Shown: positions 1 to 10,865 of the stretch, one piece after another
How positions within the stretch are numbered: position 1 is the stretch's first letter
Layout: each line of letters begins with the position of its first letter
Origin: Eledone cirrhosa
Taxonomy: Eukaryota
Reading direction: 5' to 3'
NCBI GenBank assembly: GCA_964016885.1
Contig: OZ024740.1
Span: 398,412,001 to 398,476,000, forward strand
Length of the DNA: 64,000 bases
The notes under the pieces: model-generated
What the model was told of the DNA's origin: nothing
Seen by the model: the letters and a program-made list of their open reading frames with translations, nothing else
The model's database searches: none
Made by a program: the position numbers and the translations under genes

Positions 1-485
1 TTTCAGTGATGTAGCTGAGAGAAAATGCCACAAAGGAGTGTTCTACATATTAAATACAAATACGGCAGGATACCATATACATAACGTAGTGGCCTGAAAA
101 TATTCAATCAACTAAAATTATCCAAGTAAGTTGTAGATAAAATTCCTGGGTAGAGTTTACTGAAATATTGATTTCTAATTTAGGCACATGGCCAGCAATT
201 TTGGAGCAAGTGTAAAGTTGATTAAATAACCGCCAGTACTTGACTGTACTTTATTTTATCGATCCCGGAAAGATGAAAGGCAAAATTGACTTTGGCGGGA
301 TTTGAACTTAGAATGAAAAGTACTAAAACAACCCCCGTAATGGGATGTTATCCGACACTACCAATTCTGCCAATCTACCATCATAATAAATGAAAATATT
401 GAAACATATAATCGTATTATTATTGTTGTTATTTTTCGTAGAATTGTTGTTGTTTTCTGTTGGACTGTAACAGAAAACAACACCA

Positions 486-680
486 GATACATATATACTT
501 CTATACTTCTATATACTTTTATAGATACTTCTATAGATACCTCTATACTTACGTATATACCTCTATACTTATAGATACTTCTATACGTATATATACTTCT
601 ATAGTTATAGATACTTCTATACTTATATAGAAGGAATATACTTCTATAGTTATAGATACTTCTATACTTATATAGAAGGA
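486..680. repeat. Degenerate minisatellite, ~10-bp unit ATACTTCTAT
   Basis: Repeated atacttctat/agatacttct units. Confidence 0.7.
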
Positions 681-852
681 ATTTTCAGTTTCCTCAGTTG
701 AAGAAATACTAATCTGGAAATATCAAGTCATATGAATAAATTAAGGTAAAAGAAAACAAACCCTACTTTTTGTGCTTTTTGCGTTTCGATTTTTTTCTCT
801 GTCCAAACCTGCATTGTCGTGGCTTTCCAACTTCGAATTCTCTATATATATG

Positions 853-890
<38 letters not shown>

Positions 891-892
<2 letters not shown>

Positions 893-1006
893 AACGAGTA
901 GGACCCCGACGGCTGAGCTTAAGCCGTTTCGACGGCTAATTCTGGACTAAATAGCAGAATTAGCCGTCGAAACGGCTTGAGCTCAGCCGTCGGGGTCCTA
1001 CTCGTT

Positions 1007-1008
<2 letters not shown>
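891..1008. repeat. Palindromic element with 54-bp arms in (TA)n; related copy at 33904-33990
   Basis: Arms 891-944 and 955-1008 are near-perfect reverse complements around a 10-nt spacer; TA repeats on both sides. Confidence 0.9.
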
Positions 1009-1050
<42 letters not shown>

Positions 1051-1124
1051 GTACCATAGAACAACAATTATATTATAGACACCCTATATATCTCAATGTG
1101 TACTTAGTATTTAGATATTTACCT

Positions 1125-1180
<56 letters not shown>

Positions 1181-1219
1181 ATATTAAATAAATGGAAATT
1201 ATATTTATATAACCATATT

Positions 1220-1284
1220 TATTTTATTATATATATTTCAAGGGTAACCAAGACAACATTGGTACGCTTTCATCAGATAAAATA
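1220..1284 (-). ncRNA. Type I hammerhead ribozyme motif (PLE-type)
   Basis: Reverse complement of the 1403-1467 motif. Confidence 0.75.
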
Positions 1285-1402
1285 CAAAGTTTGTTTTATA
1301 AATAGAGACGTACCCATGAAAATCATACCTTATCGGTTGGAAATTCACAACCGATAAGGTATGATTTTCATGGGTACGTCTCTATTTATAAAACAAACTT
1401 TG

Positions 1403-1467
1403 TATTTTATCTGATGAAAGCGTACCAATGTTGTCTTGGTTACCCTTGAAATATATATAATAAAATA
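1403..1467 (+). ncRNA. Type I hammerhead ribozyme motif (PLE-type)
   Basis: tattttat-CTGATGA-stem II (aagcgtaccaa/ttggttaccctt)-GAAA-TATATA-TA-ataaaata. Confidence 0.8.
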
Positions 1468-1755
1468 AATATGGTTATATAAATATAGTTTCCATTTATT
1501 TAATATCATTGAATATTTACTCCAGTAACTTGTTGAGTGCTCTAAATCAGTTATAAACATTTATGTTTGTCGGACTTCCAACAAATTAAATACAACTTCT
1601 AGTTATATATATATATTAGTAATAACATTACTAACAAAATTCCTAGTAATCAGACTAAAGCACCTAAATCAGTTAATCTAACTAAACATATATATAATAA
1701 ATTCACTAATACTAACTCTCTTAGTAAACATCCTGATACATCGTATAAATATAAA

Positions 1756-2530
1756 AAAACAACATCAAAACCGTAATAGACGAGTTACTTGGTATAATGC
1801 TCCATTTAATCTACAAATTAAAGATAATATCCACAAAAAAATCTTTTACTATCCTAGAGAAAAACTTCCCACCAAACCATAAATACCATCAAATTTTAAA
1901 TAGATCTACGGTCAAATTTTCCTACTCCACTACCAAAAATATACAACAAAATATAAGTGCCTACAATGCATATAAATGTAAAAAAAAAACATGAATATAC
2001 CACCAATACATCAAACTAACCATAATACTAAAATAAACCGCAACAAACCACCATCTCCTTCATATATAACAAGTCGTGAAAATTCCACACCTAATTTGAC
2101 TATCTCCTCTGATATAATATTCACGAATGGTTGTAACTGTAGAAACAAAGGAAATTGCCCATTAAAAGGAAATTGTCTTATTAATAACAAAGTATATAAA
2201 GTTAACACTAAGGACTCAACTTATTCATATATAGGAGCTACTTCTAACCAATTTAAAGTAAGATTTAATACCCACAAAAATAGTTTTAAAAATGCCGCAT
2301 TAGCTAATACAACATCCTTGGCTGAAATAATTAATAATTATAGAAAAAAGAATATCAATTATAACCTGACCTGGAGTGTGCGCAAAAGGGCCATCCCTTA
2401 TCAAAATAATAGATATGAATGTAGATTATGTTCCCAGGAACTTTTTGAAATAATGAAATCTAAGGATATCCTATTAAATAAATAACAAGAATTAATTATA
2501 TCGTGCAATCATAGAATTAGAAGAACTTTC
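1756..2530 (+). pseudogene. Penelope-like element (Neptune-like) linker plus GIY-YIG endonuclease, frameshifted and 5'-truncated
   Basis: NFPPNHKYHQILNRSTVKFSYS, CNCRNKGNCPLKGNC, VY..YIG..FKVRFNTH and CRLC motifs in ORFs 1797-1994 and 1991-2485. Confidence 0.85.
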
Positions 2531-3021
2531 AAATATTATAAACCTAATTAATATACACCTTACACTTATATTTTACAAATTATTATAATTAGTTTTTTTT
2601 ATTTAGTTAACCTATAATTAGTATTTTACTACTGAGAATTTCATAATTTTATTTCCCTTTTACAGCTCTCTTTTCCTAAAAGTATATTCCTATAAGTATA
2701 TATATAAACTATTTTAATTTCCTGTTATGAATCTAAATTCCTTGTAGTCTATATAAGTTTGTTATTTCTCACTAATACATTTATCCCAAAAAAATTTTTC
2801 CTTCGTTTTTAACAAAATTCTTTAATAACATCTAACTCTTATTTATCACATCTATATGAATTAATATAAATGTATCCCTATAAGTATACCTATTAATTAA
2901 ATTAATTTAATTTCTTGTTATAGATCTAAATTCCTTGTGTTTTAAATAAGATTGGTATTTCTCACTAACACTAAAATTTTATTCTCCTTCGATTTTAACA
3001 TTAGCATTATTCTTTAATAAC

Positions 3022-3208
3022 TGTTTCTACTTTTAGCACAAGGCCAGCAATTATCCAGTACATTACTGGTACTTTATTTTATCGACCCCGTAAGGATGAA
3101 AGGCAAAGTTAACCTCGGAGGGATTTGAACTCAGAATGGCTAGGGCAGTAACTCTATGCGTCAAAGCATGGCGTCCAACTCGCTACCGATACTGCCAATT
3201 CACCGCCC
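3022..3208 (-). mobile_element. tRNA-derived SINE (main family)
   Basis: Reverse complement of the family consensus: A-box-like TGGCAGTATCGG, B-box-like GAGTTCAAATCC, GCCTTTCATCC..GGGGTCGATAAAATAAAGTACCAG core. Confidence 0.85.
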
Positions 3209-3469
3209 TATCAAATTTTCGTGTACCTTTCACCGGCTTGACCTCTTTTCATCCCCAAAGTAACTTTTCATTCAAAGTATTCTTTCCATTCAAAACTGAA
3301 GTCTGCATTCCTCTACCTCTAAATTAAATTTTTACTACTACTATTCTATCAACTTGACCACTTACTACTTTTCTATTGGTCAATTCAAAACCTGTTCCCA
3401 AACAGACCTATTATATTAAATCTTTGTTGGTTTTTTTTTTCAATAAACAAATATCATTATTTCTGAAGA

Positions 3470-3646
3470 TTGGCAGTATCGGTAGAGGGTCGGACGCCAT
3501 GCTTTGAAGTATAGAGTTGCGTCCCTTTATGTTCTGAGTTCAAATCTCGACGAGGTTAACTTTGCCTTTCATCCTTACGGGGTCGATAAAATAAAGTACC
3601 AGTAATGTACTGGATAATTGATGGCCTTGTGCCAAAAGTAGAAACA
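3470..3646 (+). mobile_element. tRNA-derived SINE, slightly 5'-truncated, 14-bp TSD
   Basis: Family consensus; attatttctgaaga on both sides. Confidence 0.9.
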
Positions 3647-3662
3647 ATTATTTCTGAAGACA

Positions 3663-3849
3663 GGCGGTGGATTGGCAGTATCGGTAGAGGGTCAGACGCC
3701 ATGCTTTGACGCATAGAGTTACGGCCCTTGCCATTCTGAGTTCAAATCCCGCCGAGGTTAACTTTGCCTTTCATCCTTATGGGGTCGATAAAATAAAGTA
3801 CCAGTAATGCACTGGGTAATTGCTGGCATCGTGCCAAAAAGTAGAAGCA
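3663..3849 (+). mobile_element. tRNA-derived SINE, full length, 16-bp TSD
   Basis: Family consensus; attatttctgaagaca at 3647-3662 and 3850-3865. Confidence 0.9.
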
Positions 3850-3984
3850 ATTATTTCTGAAGACAGCATATATATGTGTAGGTATGTATATTTCCTCTGA
3901 TAGTTTGTAAAATGTTTACATAGATCTATATGATATACATACCAACACACACATATATATCCTAGAAACGATCGTAAAATGATG
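3850..3984 (+). ncRNA. Hammerhead ribozyme motif with ~100-nt stem II
   Basis: attattt-CTGAAGA-long hairpin (atatatatgtgt..ggtatgtat / atacatacc..acacatatatat)-GAAA-CGATCG-TA-aaatgat. Confidence 0.65.
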
Positions 3985-4014
3985 AATTTTTTAATATAAG
4001 GAACTGTTTATTTG

Positions 4015-4082
<68 letters not shown>

Positions 4083-4160
4083 AATAATAATAAATTTGAA
4101 TACTAAAATCCAAAGAGGGCTTGATAAGGATAAATATATATCAAATATATAAGAACCGTA

Positions 4161-4788
4161 GAGCAAAATTTATTAAAATAACAGATTAAAGTTTAAGCAA
4201 AGAATCGCTGCTTTCACCCTTAATGGGATCTTCTGAAACTAAAAAAAATCAATCTGTGAACGCAGGAGTAAATATTTCAAAAAACGTTGTAACCGAAGGA
4301 AGACAGGAAGACGATACTTTGGTTCGTGGAAACGTTCCCTGGCAAAGAACGGATAAAAGACAAAGATACCCTAACGGATAGTACGAACTATACGCAGATA
4401 TTTTACGTCTTGATGTGGTAGCTAAGTATATGTCATGTTTATACCATTACTTATTTGTATAGGTAAGTATATTTTACCTGTATGTTTTGTGAAGGTACGT
4501 ATACTTTCTCGTACGTATATTTGCTTGTATATGTTATGGCGTATATATTATATATACTGGTACATGTGCATATGGTTATGCGCATACGTGAGTTTTGTGT
4601 CTGTGTGAGTATGCGGGTTCGTACGTATGTAGGGTGTGTGTATTTGTGTACTTTGTGTTTTGGTTGACGTACGTCTGCGCACATATGTGTATTTACAGGT
4701 GGTATGTGTGTGAGCACGTTTATACGTTTTTATGTGTGTATATTTCTATACGTTTATATAATTATATGTATACACGCGCACTCACACC

Positions 4789-4844
<56 letters not shown>

Positions 4845-5536
4845 TTTTAAATATATATTTTTATGTGTATTTGGTGTATTCGTTCGTATGCGTACGGGTA
4901 GAGGCGTTGCGTACGTGTTTTTATTTTTGTTTTTTTTTTTGTGTACGTGCTTGTATTGGCATACCCATTGCGGGTGTTTTCGCGTATGCTTGTGTATGTA
5001 CGTATATGGATGCGTGTATGTATATATTTAATTTCAATTACCTCTGTAATTTATTTACTTTATTCTTAACTCTGAAGCCGGGAATCATTCGGTTTCCTCG
5101 TAGAATTTTAGTCTACGACTTCAGTTATACCATATACGTGGTTTTGTCTTTGCGTGTAATTGTTCTCATCGCTCCACATAATGACGTATTATCTTCGTTT
5201 TTCCGTTCATTGCCAGAGAACGTCTCGACGAACCACCTAATAGAATATTAGTCTACGACTTCATTTATACCATAAACGTGGTTTTGTCTTTGCTTGTAAA
5301 TGTTTTCACCGCTCCAAATTATGACGTAATATCTTTGTCTTCATCCGTTCTTTGCCAGGGAACGTTTCCACGAACCAAAGTATCGTCTTCCTGTCTTCCT
5401 TCGGTTGCAACGTTTTTTGAAATATTTACTCCTGCGTTCACAGATTGATTTTTTTAGATTCAGAAGATCCCGTTAAGGGTGAAAGCAGCGATTCTTTGCT
5501 TAAACTTTAATCTGTTATTTTAATAAATGTTGCTCT
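4161..5536. repeat. Element bounded by ~205-bp inverted repeats (4161-4368 / 5329-5536)
   Basis: Reverse-complement match of the arms; interior is low complexity with a ~140-bp tandem duplication near 5100-5370. Confidence 0.8.
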
Positions 5537-5640
5537 TCTCTTCCTCGGAGGACTAACAACACACCCAGGAGCTGGACATATCGATGAATTGACAGAGTAG
5601 AATACATTTCAACAACATGTTTACATGTTTTTTCTACATT

Positions 5641-5707
5641 AATTCGTACTGCCTGATGAGGTCACAGCCAATAATAGCTGTCACTGAAATATATATAGCA
5701 GAGAATT
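5641..5707 (+). ncRNA. Type I hammerhead ribozyme motif
   Basis: ctgc-CTGATGA-ggtcacagc/gctgtcact-GAAA-TATATA-TA-gcag; stem I extendable by aattc/gaatt. Confidence 0.8.
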
Positions 5708-5839
5708 TATAATGAACGAAGCCAAATTTAACATGTTTGACTTACTTATTTTATATTACTCCGGAGTAAACAAACCAGCCTGCGTACTTCGTCGATCACC
5801 AATCTGCATACTGAGGTGTCGGTAAACAACCAACATATA

Positions 5840-5870
<31 letters not shown>

Positions 5871-7304
5871 CCACAACCCTTATCGAATGCTCTTTGGATT
5901 TTTGTCTTTTTATTTATTATTACTACTTTATATAAATATATATGTGTGTGTGCGTGTGTGTGTGTGTGTTTGCGTGAGTGTGTATGTGTGTGTTTATATA
6001 TACATATATATGACCATCTATATAAGTATATACATTTATATTAATGACATACATGCTAACAAACACACAACACGCACATAAACCGATACAAGAGATAACG
6101 TGACTTAGCGGATGTTATCGATAACTACTTGGTCACATCAGTCACCAGCACCTGGTACCAGTGAAATTGTCAACGCCTCAAATTTCCTTCGTTAACTGCA
6201 CTGACTGCCGTGATATTATCTGCAATGCAATCTTCATTATCACTCCTCTTTAATAATCAACATTTCCATCTCCATGATTTATTGATACTGCTGTTATTGG
6301 TTTCTTCTTTTTATTTATTTTTAGTGGCTTAGAAGACTTATATTGTTGTTTTGTTTTTGTATGTTTTTGATTTGTTTTTCGTTAATACAACTCCGTTCAA
6401 GTCCAGCCGAGTTCAATTTTGCTTTACCTCTGGCTAAATAACCAACTCTTTGAATGTTTTTTTTTGTGGGGGGGGGGGGTCAGTAATTTGACTGTGGTTA
6501 TACTGATGTACTACTGCCTTCAAGAGTTGTCGAACATGTCGACCCAAATACTGATTTGGAAAAATACAAGCGTATATTTCATCGAACTATAATTGTCGAA
6601 TCATAAACAAACGGCACCGGTGAATGCGTAAAGACAAATACACACACACACACACAAACACACATACGCGCGCGCATATATATAAATATATGTATGTGTG
6701 TGTGTGTGTGTGTGTCTGTGTGTGTGTGTTAATATATATATATATGTGTTAATATATATATATGTGTGTGTGTTAATACATGGTAATAGTAATATATTAA
6801 AAGCCAGTCAGTTTCATAGACATTATTAACATAAGAACATATTTTCCAATATCAGAACATGTAGGTGCATGGATAATGGTGGTGTGTTCAGGTGTTTCGT
6901 TTGGTGAGTGCAATGAGTTAGGGGACAAATGTATGTGGTGGTATGGCCCCGTAACTCATGGTGGTGTCGTAGGGGCGCCGTATTGATATACGGCGTTTCT
7001 TGGAAATTTTAAACCTGGCGGAACCCAACCCTCTCCAGGCCTGAGTACAGAAGATCTCTTTCAGAGAAGGATAGAGAGAGTGAGAGAGAGGAAGTGAGAA
7101 AGAGATATAGAGGCAGAATCGACCCCAACTGGTACTTTTTTATCGACCTCAAAAGAACGAAAGGCAAAGTTAGCCTCGGCGGAATTTGAACTTAGAGAGC
7201 AAAGAGCCGGAACAAATAGCACAAGAACTATATCCGACGTTCTAATGACTCTGCCAAATGTCCACCTTTATAATCGCATATAGGGAGGTTAAAAGAGTGA
7301 CTAA

Positions 7305-8233
7305 TCTATATATATAAAACTGAGGATGTCTGTATGTGTGTGCGTGAGTTCGAATCCCTAAAACTCGAGAACCACCCAACCGACTGTTTTCAAACTTTAC
7401 ACATGTAATACTTATGTTTCAGGGAGTGTTCTGAGCAAAAATAATTTCAAATTTTCTATGCCATAGGGACCACATTAGGCGATTTAGCAATCTCTCTCTA
7501 TAATTCTTAGTTTTTCTCTTTTTAGATAGATACATACATATAACGTCGCGCCCTTATAATATCTGTCTCGCTGTAATAGCTTCAGTTTGTTTACTTACGT
7601 GCCTTTACGAGAACAAAAGTTACTATTTTACCGGTTAGTATTGTAGAGAAGCACCCAACCGACTGTTTTCAAACTTTACACATGAAATACTTATGTTTCA
7701 GGGAGTGTTCTGAGCAAAAGAAATTTCAAATTTTCAATGCCCTAGGGACCGCATTAGGCGTTTTAGCGATCTCGCTCTATAATTCTTAGTCTTTCTCTTT
7801 TTAGATAGATACATACATATAACGTCGCACCCTTATAATATATGTCTGTATGTCTGACTGTCTGCATTACGTCACTTCCCTGAGAATGTCTGTGTGTATG
7901 TGTTTGTGTGTGTGTGTCTGTGAGTTTGAATCCCTAAAATTCGAGAAGTACCCAACCGATTTTTTTCAAACTTTACATGTGTATTACTTATGTTTCAGGG
8001 AGTGTTATGCACATACAATTCAACTTTTTTTTATCTCATAGGGCCCGCATTAGGTGAAAACCTGCATTTTTCCTGCTTCATCGAGGAAAATCTTAAAGAT
8101 TATCCAGCCATCAGAGTATTCGGTTTATTTTCTTTACATATTGTCCAAGCATGCAGTTTTTCCACGATTAGGTCTATTGGCGGCCCGTGTTCCAAAATAC
8201 CTTAACCCGTGCATCGCCGGGTACCACTGCTAG
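7305..8233 (+). mobile_element. Non-autonomous Helitron
   Basis: Starts A|TCTATATATATAAAA; ends with subterminal hairpin acccgtgcatcgccgggt plus CTAG|T; internal ~190-bp duplications. Confidence 0.8.
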
Positions 8234-8432
8234 TCCATTTATAGAACAGGTTGTTACATATATGCATATAATGGAGCTTGTGTATGGGTGGCTATTATAG
8301 AAAAGGGGGAGAAGAAAGATACAAGCATTTTTTATATATACCTACACACACACACACTCACACACACACACACACACACACTCACACACACACACATATA
8401 TATATATGTGTGTGTGTATAAATGAATATATA

Positions 8433-8463
<31 letters not shown>

Positions 8464-8671
8464 ACATATGAGTGAACATATGAGTGAACATATGAGGAGT
8501 ATTGTGAGTCGACATAAGCAGTGAGTTGCTATCTATGTGTAGTTAAGTAGTCCTGGATGTTATCATTGGTTTTATAATGATTTTATACTCATTTCATGTT
8601 TTATTTAATTAATCTATCTATTGTATAACGTCCTTATTCCTATTATTAATATTATTATTATCACCATCATT

Positions 8672-8859
8672 GGGCGGTGGATTAGCAGTATCGGTAGAGA
8701 GTCGGACGCCATGCTTTGCAGCAATAGAGTTACGCTCTTTCGCCATCTGAGTTCAAATCCGCCGAGGTTAACTTTGGCTTTCATCCTTACAGGGTCGATA
8801 AAATAAAGTACCAGTAATGCACTGAGATAATTGCTGGCCTTGTGCCTAAAGTAGAAACA
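8672..8859 (+). mobile_element. tRNA-derived SINE
   Basis: Family consensus followed by an ATT tail. Confidence 0.9.
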
Positions 8860-8867
8860 ATTATTAT

Positions 8868-10595
8868 TTTGCACATTATTATTGCATTACCGAGTACAGC
8901 TCTGTGCACCTTGGGTATGTGCAGTGTGGTTTTTGGTGGCGCTGTTTCTATTATATTGAGAGAACTCTTCGTAATATGTGTGCAGTGCCTAGTAGTGCTA
9001 TTTTCTGTATGTTGTATATATTTGTAAGTTCTGGGATTTTGTCTATGTAACTGTCTATCTTTTTTTATCATTCCCAGAGCACCTATTATTACAGGTATTG
9101 TTTGTCTTCATCATCCACATTCAGGTTATTTCTATCTCTAGATCTTTACATTTGGATAGTTTCTCCATTTCTTTGGTAGTTATATTGTCGTCTGTGGGGA
9201 TCGATACATTAATTAAGAGACATTTTTTCTTTGTAGCCTTTGACTATGATATTTGGTCGGTTGGCCTTGATGTCCCTGTCTGTATGTAGTGGCATATCCC
9301 AGAGATGGTTGCTTTGTCATTCTCTGTTACCTTTTCCGGTGTGTCTGTACCATCTTTTGTCTGTTTGTATTTCATAATGTTGACATAATTTCCAGTGTAT
9401 GTAAGTCCCTACTCTATCATGTCTGTAGATGTATTTCTTTTTGGCTAAGACTGAGCAGCCAGAGATAATGTGGCTAATTGTTTCTTCTCCACCTCCAGTT
9501 ACTTACTTTGTACTGCTTCATTATCTACTTCTGGTGATTTCTGATAGGGAGGCTTTGGTCTTGTGCTGCAACTAGAAATCCTTCCATCTCAGCTTTTAGT
9601 TCAGTGCTTCGTAACCAGTTTTGTGTATTTTGCTTGTCTACTTCCTCTCTATTCAGCCTTTTCAGGTGTTGGCCCCACAATGGCATTTCTTTCCATCATT
9701 TTAACATGGTATTCTGGAGGTTCGTTTTCAGTTAGGATTTTAAGTTTTTCACAATTTCTATTGTTCTTTCTTGTTTGTTTTCATTTATTTTTTTCTCGGC
9801 TATTTGTTAATCTGGTTTCTGCTTTGAATTTATTGGCCTCCTTGAAGACCCAGTACAATGTTTTATAGCTATTTCTATTAACTTTCCCTCGTTCTTCATT
9901 ATATATTTCCGTAGTCCTTCAGTAGTTATTTTATAACAGTTTTCTAGTTGCATAAGACCCCTTCTTCCGTGTGTTCGTGGTAGGTATAATCTTTCTACAT
10001 CTGATTTTGGATGGCGTATTCTAAATGCAGTCATTATTCTTTTTTCGGTCTATTCCATCTAGCTCTTTTAGGGTCAAGTTCAGAATAATGTTAGAAAGAA
10101 TTTTTTATTGCATGTTTATTGCATTACCAAGCGCAGATCTGTGTGCCTTGAGTATGTGGATTGTTGTGTTGGGTGTTGTTATTTATATTGATATTACTCA
10201 TCGAAATATGTGTGCAGTGCCTAATAGGGCTACTTTTCTATGTTGTATATATTTGTAAGTCCCGAGGGTTTGGTTATATATCTGTCTGTGTCTGTATGTT
10301 TTATAATTCTCAGAGCACCTAATATTATAGGGATTGTTTCTGTTTTTATCATCCACATTCTTATTATTTCTATCTCCAGATAATTTCTCCATTCCCGATG
10401 GATATATTGTCGTCTGGGGGGGGGGGGTATAGATATATCAATTAGAAGACATTTTTTCTTTGCGGTATCTGACTATAATATCTGGTCAGTTGGTTTTGAT
10501 CTCCTTCTCTGTTTTTATTGGAATATGCCAGAGTATGGTTGCTTTGTCATTCTCTGACATCTTTTCTAGTGTATGTTTGTACCGCCTTTTTTTCT
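8868..10595 (-). mobile_element. Two decayed, 5'-truncated R4/Dong-type non-LTR fragments (about 8868-10075 and 10100-10595)
   Basis: HPKSDVERLYLPRTHGRRGL and KVALLGTAHI motifs, homologous to the 43347-45401 ORF; duplicated 3' UTR. Confidence 0.75.
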
Positions 10596-10612
10596 GTTGG
10601 TTATTATTATTA

Positions 10613-10647
<35 letters not shown>

Positions 10648-10865
10648 GAATGCCATGGTTGACGGAGGCTCGGCTCTGTAAGGTATTGTAAATTTTGAAC
10701 GCTATAACAATTGTAAATTGTTTAAAACTTTTACCAACTTGTAGACAAAAACACCCTTCTCCTCGTGAGAGGGGTCTTTCTGCCCGTTATTTGGCCCTTC
10801 GGGGTTAAATAACTGCTTATTGGGGTTTTGTGCCCAATATTTATTTTAAACAAAAAAAAAACAAC

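Larger units (their letters stand above)
1177..1510. repeat. Inverted repeat with 163-bp arms (Penelope-like inverted pLTR), one hammerhead per arm
   Basis: 1177-1339 is the reverse complement of 1348-1510, spacer gaaattca. Confidence 0.9.

Noticed and set aside
3663-3752. tRNA gene
   Set aside because: A- and B-box-like motifs are present, but there is no cloverleaf and it is the head of a multicopy SINE.
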